Positions 18,634 through 28,286 of a stretch of DNA of 64,000 nt are shown here, one piece after another. Within the stretch, counting starts at the first letter, position 1. Every line of letters begins with the position of its first letter. This DNA is from an uncultured Anaerolineales bacterium (GTDB lineage: Bacteria > Chloroflexota > Anaerolineae > Anaerolineales > UBA11858). The notes under the pieces were generated by a model. The model was not told the DNA's origin. It did no database searches and saw only the letters and a list, made by a program, of their open reading frames with translations. The position numbers and the translations under genes are program-made. Location of the stretch: positions 919-64,918 of the forward strand of contig CAYQQX010000007.1 in the NCBI GenBank assembly GCA_964419495.1, read 5' to 3'.

Positions 18634-19763
18634 AGATCTGCCTGATTGCCCCAACTTATCTCCCCGCCCGCAGAGCAAACACCATTCAGGTGATGAAAAT
18701 GGCTCAGGCGATGACGGCTCTGGGACATGAAGTCATAGTGACCGTTCCTGGGAAGCCCCAAAGTGGGCAATTACCTTCTTGGGATCAACTCGCCAACCAT
18801 TATGGGTTGCAGAACCGGTTCAAAGTTGAATGGCTGCCAGTTCGTGAATGGATGCGGCGTTATGATTATGGATATCAAGCAGTTCAAATTGCGCGCAAAA
18901 ATACTGTTGATGTAATCCATACTCGATTGCCACAAGCAGCAAGTCTCGCCAGTCTCCGAGGATTGCCCACAATTTTTGAGATGCATGATTTGCCGCAAGC
19001 GCGGCGCCTGCGATTTTTGTTGAACACTTATTTGAAAGGTAGGGGGGCGCGACGTTTGGTGTTGATCACACGCGCCCTTAGGGCTGATCTGTCTCCAATG
19101 ATTGATTCAATAAAATTAGAAGCTGATGTGATCATCGCCCCCGATGGTGTTGACCTGGAGCGATACCTTGATATGCCATCTCCTGCAGCTGCGCGTAAAG
19201 ATATCTCACTTTCAGAAAAGTTTACTGTCGGTTATACAGGACACTTATATCCGGGCCGCGGTATTGAGCTGATCTTCGCGCTAGCAATGAGATTGCCAGA
19301 GGTCAATTTCATACTTGTCGGCGGTAACCCCGATGATGTCGCTAGAGTTAAGGTTGAAGTTGAGCATGCCAACCTAAAGAATATGGTTCTAACAGGGTTT
19401 GTGCCAAACGCTATCTTGCCGCTTTATCAAGCGGCTTGTGATATTCTGTTGATGCCCTACCAGCGGAAAGTTTCTGCTTCATCTGGTGGTGATATTTCGC
19501 GCTATCTCAGCCCGATGAAGTTATTTGAATATATGGCTTCTGAACGCCCGATCATCTCCAGTGATCTCCCCGTATTATGTGAAACCCTTAACCAAGCGAA
19601 CGCGATTTTGCTTTCTCCAGATGATATCGATGTCTGGGTCAAGGCCATTCAAGAACTGGGTTCAGATGCCAATCGCCGCGATAAACTAGCACGTCAGGCT
19701 CGTAGGGATGTGCAACAATATACTTGGAAATCTCGGGCTAAGAAATTATTGGAAGGTTTCTAA
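18630..19763 (+). CDS. Glycosyltransferase family 4
   Basis: GT-B; YTGHLYPGRG, CDILLMP, SPMKLFEYMASERPII. Confidence 0.9.
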   Translation: MKICLIAPTYLPARRANTIQVMKMAQAMTALGHEVIVTVPGKPQSGQLPSWDQLANHYGLQNRFKVEWLPVREWMRRYDYGYQAVQIARKNTVDVIHTRLPQAASLASLRGLPTIFEMHDLPQARRLRFLLNTYLKGRGARRLVLITRALRADLSPMIDSIKLEADVIIAPDGVDLERYLDMPSPAAARKDISLSEKFTVGYTGHLYPGRGIELIFALAMRLPEVNFILVGGNPDDVARVKVEVEHANLKNMVLTGFVPNAILPLYQAACDILLMPYQRKVSASSGGDISRYLSPMKLFEYMASERPIISSDLPVLCETLNQANAILLSPDDIDVWVKAIQELGSDANRRDKLARQARRDVQQYTWKSRAKKLLEGF

Positions 19764-19768
19764 TTTCA

Positions 19769-21337
19769 ATGTATCGGCGCATACTTTCAATTGGTATTGG
19801 CATAATCGTTCTTTCACTCGGGATGGCCTGGATCTCATCCAGATTTGAAACGCTTCAGGGGTGGGGTGCATTTTTAGCTGTTTCCGCATTGGGAACAGGC
19901 ATAATCTTAGGGGTACTGCAAGCCGCACGAAAGGAATCATTCCCTCGCTGGCTTGTCTGGATTATGCTTGGCGGCTTGATTCTCCGTCTGAGCATGGGTA
20001 TATTCTGGTATGTCGCTCTTCCAATTTGGGGGTATAACAGTGAAGCGGAAGCTGCTGGATATGTTATGGCGGATGCGTATTCCAGAGATACCGCTGCCTG
20101 GGGATTAGCAAGCTCAGAACGACCCTTAGGTGATGCATTTTCTGACTACGGTTCCACAGATCAATATGGGGGTTTATTGTTCTTTAGCGCAGCCATATAT
20201 CGATATCTCGGCGGGGAAGCACATCATCCATTGTTAATTGTTATCCTGACTGCCACTGTCTCAGCCCTGGCAGTTCTCTTCATCTGGGCATTTGTAAGGC
20301 GTATGATGGGCGATGGTGCTGCTCAAGTCGCCGCGTGGATATACCTGCTCTATCCTGATGCCGTGTTATTGGGTAGTTCGCAGATGCGTGAGGCGTTCAC
20401 CATGACATTCGCAGCTATGGCTGTATATGGCTTTTTGTTGGCGCTGCATCAAAGGAACTGGCATGGTTGGTTGTGGATGTCGACTGCATTAGGATTGTCG
20501 GTACCGCTCTCACCTGCATTTACTATTTTATTGGTGGTCGTACTTGGTCTGTCAACCTTGTTTCTGATTGGAAATCGCTGGCTGCGCAATTGGCGATTGT
20601 GGGTAGTGGTTGGGGGCCTTGTGATAGTTGGTTTCTTGGGTCTGTTGTTTTTTGGTGCCCAAATTTCACAAGGCGATCAGACCAATCCCGTTGCGGTATT
20701 TCAATTGTGGGTAGAGCGAACGGGCATCTGGCAGACAATTCTCAGTTTCCAGTCTTCAGGGTGGATGTATAAACTATCTCAAAATATTCCAGTGGCTTTG
20801 TATAAATGGGTGGTATTAGTTTATGGTGTTGTACAACCTTTCTTGCCGGCGGCGTTAATTGCTAATGGGAATTGGCTTTGGCGTTCTATTGCTATCTGGC
20901 GTGCAGTAGGGTGGACGTTATTACTACCTCTCATGGTGTATGCGCCCGTGAGGGCTGTGCGTAAACCGCGTCAATGGTGGATCTTTGGAATGAGCCTCGC
21001 GATATGGCTGGTGGTATTTGCTGCCTCATTCCGCAGTGGTGGCGACCAATGGGATAATCCTCGCTATCGGGTGGCCTTTGTTTGTTTGCAGGTTGCCTTA
21101 GCAGCTTGGGTTTTGGTTGACCAAAAGCATTCCCCGGACCCATGGTTACGCAGGATTTTAGTTTGTGCCGTTTTGGTAATTGCCTGGTTTTTACCCTGGT
21201 ATCTACGCAGATATGCTGCATTTGATTGGCCCGTTGTTGATATCTTCAAAGTATTTGGGTTGGGTCTCTCGAGTTCAGCGTTGTATCTGGTTTGGGATTG
21301 GAGTCGTACCCAGCATGTTGATCGCAGCCAGCCTTGA
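19769..21337 (+). CDS. Polytopic membrane protein, GT-C/Wzy-like
   Basis: Many TM segments, acidic external loop (ADAYSRD, STDQYGG), YPDAVLLGSSQMREAF; polymerase versus transferase cannot be resolved. Confidence 0.55.
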   Translation: MYRRILSIGIGIIVLSLGMAWISSRFETLQGWGAFLAVSALGTGIILGVLQAARKESFPRWLVWIMLGGLILRLSMGIFWYVALPIWGYNSEAEAAGYVMADAYSRDTAAWGLASSERPLGDAFSDYGSTDQYGGLLFFSAAIYRYLGGEAHHPLLIVILTATVSALAVLFIWAFVRRMMGDGAAQVAAWIYLLYPDAVLLGSSQMREAFTMTFAAMAVYGFLLALHQRNWHGWLWMSTALGLSVPLSPAFTILLVVVLGLSTLFLIGNRWLRNWRLWVVVGGLVIVGFLGLLFFGAQISQGDQTNPVAVFQLWVERTGIWQTILSFQSSGWMYKLSQNIPVALYKWVVLVYGVVQPFLPAALIANGNWLWRSIAIWRAVGWTLLLPLMVYAPVRAVRKPRQWWIFGMSLAIWLVVFAASFRSGGDQWDNPRYRVAFVCLQVALAAWVLVDQKHSPDPWLRRILVCAVLVIAWFLPWYLRRYAAFDWPVVDIFKVFGLGLSSSALYLVWDWSRTQHVDRSQP

Positions 21338-21361
21338 CCAAGCTATAATTGCCATTATAAT
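21334..21361 (+). promoter_or_regulatory. Internal sigma70-type promoter upstream of gmd-1
   Basis: TTGACC (21334-21339)-N16-TATAAT (21356-21361). Confidence 0.55.
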
Positions 21362-21416
21362 CAGCCGCTGATTTCAACCCCTGGCATTAGACGCTGATTT
21401 GTTACTAGGAAATTTC

Positions 21417-22385
21417 ATGCCAACTGCGCTCATCACAGGAATTGCTGGTCAAGATGGTTCATATATGGCGGAACTATTGTTGTCTAAGGACTATAAAGTT
21501 CTTGGCATCGATCGTTTCTCCAGCATGGTTACCTATGAGAATTTGAAGCATTTCCAGGATGAGATTACTTTAGTAGAAGGAAATTTACTTGATCAGGGTT
21601 CTCTGGTAGCTATCTTAGAAGAATATTCTCCTGACGAGGTTTATAACTTTGCTGCATTATCGTTTCCCGCGGGGTCATGGTCTCAGCCCGTTGTCACTGG
21701 AGATTCAACGGCGTTGGGCGTGACTCGCATGTTGGAGGCTATTCGCCTGGTATCCCCGGAAACTCGTTTTTATCAGGCATCTTCGAGCGAAATGTTTGGC
21801 CACGTGCGTGAAGTTCCTCAAACCGAGAGCACGCCATTCTATCCCCGCAACCCCTATGGGGCTGCAAAGATGTACGGGCACTGGATCACGATTACTTATC
21901 GCGATCATTATGGTATGTTTACCTGTTCTGGAATATTGTATAACCATGAAAGCCCGCGTCGGGGCTTAGAATATGTTACTCGCAAAATCACGCATGGTGC
22001 CGCGCGTATCAAACTCGGTTTAACCAATGAACTACGCTTAGGGAATTTGGATGCTCGACGCGATTGGGGATTCGCAGGTGATTATGCAGAAGCCATGTGG
22101 TTGATGTTGCAACAGGACCAGCCGGATGATTATGTGGTTTGCACTGGCGAAACTCACTCAGTGCGCGAATTTTGTGATTCAGCATTCAGTCATGTAGGAT
22201 TAGATTATCAGGAATTTGTCATTCAAGATGAACGCTTCTACCGTCCTGCAGAAGCCAGTTTGCTGGTAGGTAATCCCAAGCGAGCGAAAGAAAAACTCGG
22301 TTGGGAACCACGGGTTAGTTTTGATCAATTAGTCACCATGATGGTCGATGCCGATCTTCAGTATTTGGGGAAGGAAATCCTTTGA
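21417..22385 (+). CDS. gmd: GDP-mannose 4,6-dehydratase (paralog 1)
   Basis: [51 protein letters not shown]; ATG 21417 with AGGA upstream. Confidence 0.92.
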   Translation: MPTALITGIAGQDGSYMAELLLSKDYKVLGIDRFSSMVTYENLKHFQDEITLVEGNLLDQGSLVAILEEYSPDEVYNFAALSFPAGSWSQPVVTGDSTALGVTRMLEAIRLVSPETRFYQASSSEMFGHVREVPQTESTPFYPRNPYGAAKMYGHWITITYRDHYGMFTCSGILYNHESPRRGLEYVTRKITHGAARIKLGLTNELRLGNLDARRDWGFAGDYAEAMWLMLQQDQPDDYVVCTGETHSVREFCDSAFSHVGLDYQEFVIQDERFYRPAEASLLVGNPKRAKEKLGWEPRVSFDQLVTMMVDADLQYLGKEIL

Positions 22386-24304
22386 TGGATTGGCGAAGCC
22401 GGTTTGGCCACATTGCAGGCACTCCATGGGTTGCCGAGACGCTGGCGATCTTGGGGGGAATACTTTACGCTGCCCAATCTTGGGCATATGCCCACACGCA
22501 ATCATCGATTCTGGACGAAGGCGCTTATTTGCTCAAGGGTTACCTCTTCGCGACCGGGAAATATACGCCATTTCAGGAATATGGTCCCTGGTCAAACCAC
22601 ATGCCTTTCTCATTTCTTATTCCTGGCTATGCCCAGATAATATTTGGCCCCGGGTTGCGAACTGGTCGTTATTTTGCATTTGCTATTGGTCTGGTAACTC
22701 TACTTGGAATTTGGATGCTGGCGCGCAGGTTGGGAAACCGTTGGTGGGCTGTGGTTGCAGTTTGGTTGGTGGCGCTCAATATCCCCTTGATCAAGACTTT
22801 CAGCGTGATGGCCTCACAAGGTTTAGTGGCTTGCATGTTTGTGTGGGTCTTGGTGCTGGCTTTAGGGAAACAGCGACCTACCTGGCAAATTCTACTTGGC
22901 ACGGCTTTAGCTGGATTGATGATGTTGACGCGCATCAATCTGACGCCTGTGCTGCCATTACTAATTCTTTATATCTTTTGGGAAAATGGTAGAAAAATTG
23001 GGGCATGGAGCCTGCTTTTGGGAATTGTCGTTTTCTGTGTTGGGCATGCCCTGTTTTGGCCGGGGATCCTGAGGTTGTGGGTTGCCTGGTTGCCCTTGCA
23101 GTGGATCCCGTTCTTTGAACAATTTGCAAAACCCATTGGTGCCCTGCCCAATTGGAACCCAGACGTCAGTGTTGGGGTCCGCTTGTTTAGTTTCTTCCAA
23201 GGCATGCGCATCCAGTTTTTTGCCGTTGTTGGCACGCTTTTTGCCTGGATATGGTGGCCATCAAAATCTGGATGGCGTTCAGAATGGCGTTTTCGGGTTG
23301 CGGTATTCCTTTCTGTAGTTTTTGGTGTTCTGTTTGTCTTTCACCTTTGGGCCTCTTTGGGGAAGAATTACTGCGTATTTTGTTTCTCGACATATTTATC
23401 GTTTTTCAGTTTCCTGGGCATGCTGCTGTTGATTCTTTTTTTTAGTTCAATCGAAGAATTCAGGAATCGTTTTGGCAGGTGGCTGCCTCCTCTGATTATC
23501 TTTATCCTTTCTGTTGGCATCGGTTTCAGCGCCAAAGGAATTTGGGCGGAGCAGCAAACTGTGGAGCATCTGACGCGGGAAATTCTGCGCACGGAACTGC
23601 CCAGGTTTAGTGGTTTCCGCATCCAGGAGGGGGTTGTTCCGTTCTGGGGTTTGCTGTCCAATAAATTTGGTTGGACGGAGATGGAAATTTTCACCACGGC
23701 CTTTGATGTGGTTCGAGCTGCGGCCCCTATACTGATAGGCTTATTACTAAGTTTGCTACTTCTGAAATTTGGATCAAATTGGTGGAACAGGATCGTAGGG
23801 AGGGTTTGGCAAATTTCGTTTACTCCCAGCGCAGGTGTTTATTCGCTCTTCCTCTTTGTGGGAACGCTAATTACGTTGGGCCTGGGATTCCCCCCTGGTG
23901 ACCGAGATTGCGGTTGGGATGTGATCGAATCCTACGAATCGGGGGGCGCGCATCTCGCCGAGCAGATTCCCCCTGGATCAAAAGTATATTGGTGGGGTGG
24001 TCTTTCAACCGTGCCCTTGTTGTATCTCCCTGATGTGGAAATCTATCCGCCTCAGATCAATAATGGTTACTCCTTCCGCTTGGGTGGTGATCCCGATGAC
24101 CTGCTGCGCTACGGTTGGTGGAGCCAGGAATTAGCCGATCAATGGATTCACGAAGCGGATGTCCTGTTGATCGAGGCGCGTTTGTATGGTGGGTTTGCCA
24201 CAACTTTTGCCGAAAGTGATGCCTTTGACGAAGTGTCGCCCACTAACGCTTTGGTTCCTTGTAGAAGCAATTCAGCGATTCATATTTTTGTGAGAGAGCA
24301 GTAG
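22385..24304 (+). CDS. ArnT/PMT-like (GT39/GT83-type) GT-C membrane glycosyltransferase
   Basis: SILDEGAYL acidic motif after TM1, HMPFSFLIPG, GRYFA, many TM segments, external C-terminal domain. Confidence 0.72.
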   Translation: MDWRSRFGHIAGTPWVAETLAILGGILYAAQSWAYAHTQSSILDEGAYLLKGYLFATGKYTPFQEYGPWSNHMPFSFLIPGYAQIIFGPGLRTGRYFAFAIGLVTLLGIWMLARRLGNRWWAVVAVWLVALNIPLIKTFSVMASQGLVACMFVWVLVLALGKQRPTWQILLGTALAGLMMLTRINLTPVLPLLILYIFWENGRKIGAWSLLLGIVVFCVGHALFWPGILRLWVAWLPLQWIPFFEQFAKPIGALPNWNPDVSVGVRLFSFFQGMRIQFFAVVGTLFAWIWWPSKSGWRSEWRFRVAVFLSVVFGVLFVFHLWASLGKNYCVFCFSTYLSFFSFLGMLLLILFFSSIEEFRNRFGRWLPPLIIFILSVGIGFSAKGIWAEQQTVEHLTREILRTELPRFSGFRIQEGVVPFWGLLSNKFGWTEMEIFTTAFDVVRAAAPILIGLLLSLLLLKFGSNWWNRIVGRVWQISFTPSAGVYSLFLFVGTLITLGLGFPPGDRDCGWDVIESYESGGAHLAEQIPPGSKVYWWGGLSTVPLLYLPDVEIYPPQINNGYSFRLGGDPDDLLRYGWWSQELADQWIHEADVLLIEARLYGGFATTFAESDAFDEVSPTNALVPCRSNSAIHIFVREQ

Positions 24305-24308
24305 CATA

Positions 24309-25463
24309 ATGCGGGTACTGGTTGTTATCTACGAGTTTCCCCCTGTTGGTGGAGGTGGGGGGCGGGTGGCCGAGGACATTTGCAGGGGGTTGTCAAAGCG
24401 AGGCCATGATATTCTGATTCTGACATCCCATATCAAGGGGCTGCCAAAGGTTGAAAATCAGGATGGACTAGAAATATTACGAGTCCCCGTTGGTCGTCGG
24501 TCTCCATTCAAGGCCGGTTTCATAGATATGCTGGGGTATGTCATATCGGGATTCTTACCGGGGCTGAAAATAATTACCCAATGGAAACCGGATGTGATAC
24601 ATGTGCACTTTGCAGTTCCAAGTGGAGCATTGGCAAGATTATTGTCTTTGGTGACAGGTGTGCCCTATCTCATTACTGCTCATTTGGGCGATGTCCCAGG
24701 CGGTGTGCCTGATAAGACCGATCGGTGGTTCAAATGGATATTCCCTTTCACCCCACCGATTTGGAAATCCGCGGCCAAAGTTTGTGCCGTCAGTGAGTTC
24801 ACGCAGCAATTGGCTCAAAAAAGTTATTCCGTAGATGCCCAGGTGATCCCCAATGGCGTCGATCTGGCCATGTTGAACCCAGGAGAAATCAACCCTGGAA
24901 AACCACCGCGTATCATCTTTGCCGGGCGGTTTGTTTCCCAAAAGAACCCGCTTCAAATTGTGCGTTCGCTCGCTCAACTGGCTGATTTGCCTTGGAATTG
25001 TGTCATGGTGGGCGATGGCCCTCTCCGCTCGGAGATCGAAGCAGAGATAGCGCATCAGGGCCTAAAAGATCGTTTTACACTCACTGGCTGGGTAACCCCC
25101 AATGATGTCATCGAGTGGTTTCGCAAGAGTGATATTTTATTTATGCCCTCACTTTCCGAGGGTTTACCTGTGGTTGGGGTGCAAGCCCTGGCCATGGGAT
25201 TGGCCATCGTCGCCAGCCGCATTGGGGGATTTATCGAACTGGTCGAGCAGGATCAAAATGGTTATTTGCTGGATGGGTATGATGATTCCATGGGCGTTGA
25301 TGAATTAAGACAGTTGATTTCATCGCCTGAGCGTTTGAGCGAATTTCGCCAAAAGAGTCGTCAGCTTGCCAGCCGATTTGATGTCGAACACATCGTTGAT
25401 TCCTACGAACACGAGCTGCAAAATGTGATTGATTCGCTCAAAGCCTCGGAGGCAGAGAAATAG
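24309..25463 (+). CDS. Glycosyltransferase family 4
   Basis: YEFPPVGGGGG, HLGDVPG, IPNGVD, FAGRFVSQK, SEGLPVVGVQALAMG. Confidence 0.9.
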   Translation: MRVLVVIYEFPPVGGGGGRVAEDICRGLSKRGHDILILTSHIKGLPKVENQDGLEILRVPVGRRSPFKAGFIDMLGYVISGFLPGLKIITQWKPDVIHVHFAVPSGALARLLSLVTGVPYLITAHLGDVPGGVPDKTDRWFKWIFPFTPPIWKSAAKVCAVSEFTQQLAQKSYSVDAQVIPNGVDLAMLNPGEINPGKPPRIIFAGRFVSQKNPLQIVRSLAQLADLPWNCVMVGDGPLRSEIEAEIAHQGLKDRFTLTGWVTPNDVIEWFRKSDILFMPSLSEGLPVVGVQALAMGLAIVASRIGGFIELVEQDQNGYLLDGYDDSMGVDELRQLISSPERLSEFRQKSRQLASRFDVEHIVDSYEHELQNVIDSLKASEAEK

Positions 25464-25464
25464 T

Positions 25465-27162
25465 ATGGGAGCTGGATCAACACCAAAGGGAGTCCAGGAG
25501 ACCGCGCCAAAACTGATTGTATTGGGTTGGGATGCCGCCACCTGGGATCTACTATCCCCGTGGGTTGCTGAAGGCAAATTACCCAATCTAGCCAAACTGA
25601 TGCAATCCGGCAGTTACGGACCGATCCGCTCGACTTCCCTACCAGTCAGCCCTGCGGCCTGGAGCACGATCATCACTGGGCAGAATCCGGCCAAGCACGG
25701 GGTTTTCGATTGGTTCGCCCGCAAAGATGGCAGCTATAATGTGGAGTATGTGCACACGGGTCAGATCAAAGCCAAACCGATGTGGGGATATTTCAACGAG
25801 GCCGGAAAACGCATTGGTGTGTTCAATTTACCTATGCTATACCCCGCGGTCCCCATAGATGGATTCATGTTTTCAGGGTTGGCCGCGCCGGATGCTGCCT
25901 CGAGCGGATTCGCCTACCCCAAAGAACTAATCCAGGAATTGGAAGACAATGTCGGCCCCTTCTGGCATGCTGAAACCGAAGTGTATAAATATGGTCGCGA
26001 ACAGGCATATTTGGAAAATGTATTGGATTTATTGGATTACCAGAAACGTGTGATTGAATATCTAATGCGGGAACACCCTTGTGATGCCTATCTGCTGGTC
26101 TTCATGCAGACTGATCACGTGCAGCACAAATTCTGGCGCTACATCGATCCGACGTATCCGGATTTCGACCAGGGATATGACGCCCAGTTCCAGGATGCTA
26201 TCTTGCAAGTTTACCAGGGGGTCGATGAGCAATTAGGTGATTTATTGGCCGCCTATGGCGATGATACCAATTTCATAGTGCTTTCCGATCACGGCGGCGG
26301 ACCGGTGCATGGCATCATGTATATTAACCGCTGGCTGCATGAGATTGGAATGCTGCATTTGCGTGATGATTTCTCTACGCGGGCCAAGTTCTGGTTGGCG
26401 AAGACTGACCTGATAGGCAAGGTTTATCGCATCGTGAGTAAGCTGGGGTTGGGGAAAGTGGCCAATCTGGTTTCGAAACCCGCTCGTAATAAAGTGCTCA
26501 ATTCGTTTATGTCTTTTGATGATATTGACTGGGCGCGCACAAAAGCCTATGCCCGAGGTGCTTTTGGTCAGATCTTTGTCAATTTGAAAGCACGTGAACC
26601 GGAAGGTATCATTGAGCCGGGTGATGCATATGAAGAAATTATCACTCAACTGATTGAGGCCCTGGAAGAATTACCCCATCCCGAAACTGGCGAGCCATTG
26701 ATTACGGATATTCATAGAAAATCAGAGATTTTCAACGGGCCTTATCTTGAGAATGCCGCCGATGTGATATTCTCGATCCAGAACTATTTATATCAATCTT
26801 CGGTGAAGATGGGACTGGATAGCGAAAGCATCTTGGGGAAATCAGAATATGAAGATTCTGGCAGCCATCGGCTAGACGGCATTATTGTCATGTCTGGACC
26901 TGGTATCGCCGAAGGCTCATCAATTTCAAATGCCACGATAGCCGATATCCTACCGACGATGTTGGCGCTGGCCGGATTGCCCGTACCAGAAGATTTAGAT
27001 GGCCAACCTCTCGTCCAGGCCTTCACCGATGCACAAAAGCAAGCTATCAAGTTTGTCTCTGGATCATCGAACACTGCTGGCGAAACGTCGACTCCTGACC
27101 TGGATGAGTCGGAATTGACAGAGATTGAAGATCGTCTGCGAAGTTTGGGGTATTTAGGATGA
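25465..27162 (+). CDS. Alkaline-phosphatase superfamily (nucleotide pyrophosphatase/phosphodiesterase type) protein
   Basis: LGWDAA, RSTSLPVSPAAWSTIITGQNPAKHG, TDHVQH, LSDHG, GSHRLDG, C-terminal RLRSLGYL; no signal peptide evident. Confidence 0.82.
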   Translation: MGAGSTPKGVQETAPKLIVLGWDAATWDLLSPWVAEGKLPNLAKLMQSGSYGPIRSTSLPVSPAAWSTIITGQNPAKHGVFDWFARKDGSYNVEYVHTGQIKAKPMWGYFNEAGKRIGVFNLPMLYPAVPIDGFMFSGLAAPDAASSGFAYPKELIQELEDNVGPFWHAETEVYKYGREQAYLENVLDLLDYQKRVIEYLMREHPCDAYLLVFMQTDHVQHKFWRYIDPTYPDFDQGYDAQFQDAILQVYQGVDEQLGDLLAAYGDDTNFIVLSDHGGGPVHGIMYINRWLHEIGMLHLRDDFSTRAKFWLAKTDLIGKVYRIVSKLGLGKVANLVSKPARNKVLNSFMSFDDIDWARTKAYARGAFGQIFVNLKAREPEGIIEPGDAYEEIITQLIEALEELPHPETGEPLITDIHRKSEIFNGPYLENAADVIFSIQNYLYQSSVKMGLDSESILGKSEYEDSGSHRLDGIIVMSGPGIAEGSSISNATIADILPTMLALAGLPVPEDLDGQPLVQAFTDAQKQAIKFVSGSSNTAGETSTPDLDESELTEIEDRLRSLGYLG

Positions 27163-28148
27163 GCGAGCAGAATCAAAATCAATCTCGACGATTCTCGTTT
27201 AACCTGCGGTGGGTTCGCTGGGCTGGCACAATTGTCACTTCAGGATTGTTCATCTGGCTGTTGACCCAGCAAGATTGGAAACTGATGTGGGAAACTCTGA
27301 GCCGCATCCCAGCCTGGGTATTTCCTTTGGCGTTCGTTTTATATTTCTTAGGTGTGCTTTCCAACTCGCTGCGTTGGTTTATTTTGCTGAAATCTCAAGA
27401 GATTGAAGTTCCCTACGGAGAGTTTCTGAAGATAGTATTAGCTGGGAATTTTGCCTCCAATTTCTTGCCTTCAACTGTAGGCGGGGATACTGTACGCATT
27501 GTCAGTGCTGCCCGTTTTACCGGTTGGTCAGTGAGTTTCGCTTCGGTAGTGGTCGATCGATTATTGAATGTTCTCGTAATGATGGCCCTGCTGCCATTTT
27601 CCTGGTTTTCGTTTAAGGTGTTTGGTGGATTTTTTAGCGCTGTTTCAACAGGTGATCAGATTAGAACTGCAATTTTGAAAGCAGGGTTTGTCTCCGGTTG
27701 GGTTTCTAAAGCTGTGCGATTGGTTGCTCGCTGGTTGAAGAAAATTCTAGAAGCATTCTTTGTTTGGAGGAATCGAAAAGATGCCCTGGGGTGGGGGCTA
27801 TTGATAGCCCTTGCAGCTCGATTGAGTGTATTTTCCGCCGTTTGGTTCTTGGCACGTGGTCTAGATATCTCAGTCACAATATCTCAAGTAATAGGGGTTG
27901 GTGCAATCACTTACGTTTTGTCACTGCTGCCCATTTCGATCAATGGATTTGGCTTGCGTGAAGTTACAATGACCACCCTGTATGTACAATTAGGTGCTAC
28001 TTTGGAACAAGCTTCGGCTTTGGTAGTTGTGACGCGTTTTATATTAATGGTTGAAACGCTCCCGGGAGCGCTGTGGATTTCCGACATGTTGGTTCGGAAG
28101 GAAGATCAGAAAAACTTAGAGCAAGAAACACCATCTGTTACCGATTGA
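27159..28148 (+). CDS. Lysylphosphatidylglycerol-synthase TM-domain (UPF0104/AglD-like flippase-type) protein 1
   Basis: SLRWFILL, GNFASNFLPSTVGGD, VVVDR, LPISINGFGLRE, TR..LPG. Confidence 0.85.
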   Translation: MSEQNQNQSRRFSFNLRWVRWAGTIVTSGLFIWLLTQQDWKLMWETLSRIPAWVFPLAFVLYFLGVLSNSLRWFILLKSQEIEVPYGEFLKIVLAGNFASNFLPSTVGGDTVRIVSAARFTGWSVSFASVVVDRLLNVLVMMALLPFSWFSFKVFGGFFSAVSTGDQIRTAILKAGFVSGWVSKAVRLVARWLKKILEAFFVWRNRKDALGWGLLIALAARLSVFSAVWFLARGLDISVTISQVIGVGAITYVLSLLPISINGFGLREVTMTTLYVQLGATLEQASALVVVTRFILMVETLPGALWISDMLVRKEDQKNLEQETPSVTD

Positions 28149-28226
28149 TCAACAACTAATGTGATTAGTATCTGTATGATATTGGCGCAATGCCACGGTA
28201 ATTCCTGGAAACCCTTTTTGGCCAGC

Positions 28227-28255
28227 TTGACCGCTCAAAATGGGTAGGCTACAAT
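28227..28255 (+). promoter_or_regulatory. Internal sigma70-type promoter upstream of the GT2 gene
   Basis: TTGACC (28227-28232)-N17-TACAAT (28250-28255). Confidence 0.65.
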
Positions 28256-28286
28256 GCGCCATGTCTGTGTAAATTGAGAAAAATAT

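Noticed and set aside
22348-22992. 214-aa alternative-frame ORF
   Set aside because: Lies almost wholly inside the well-supported GT-C gene on the same strand; no recognisable motif
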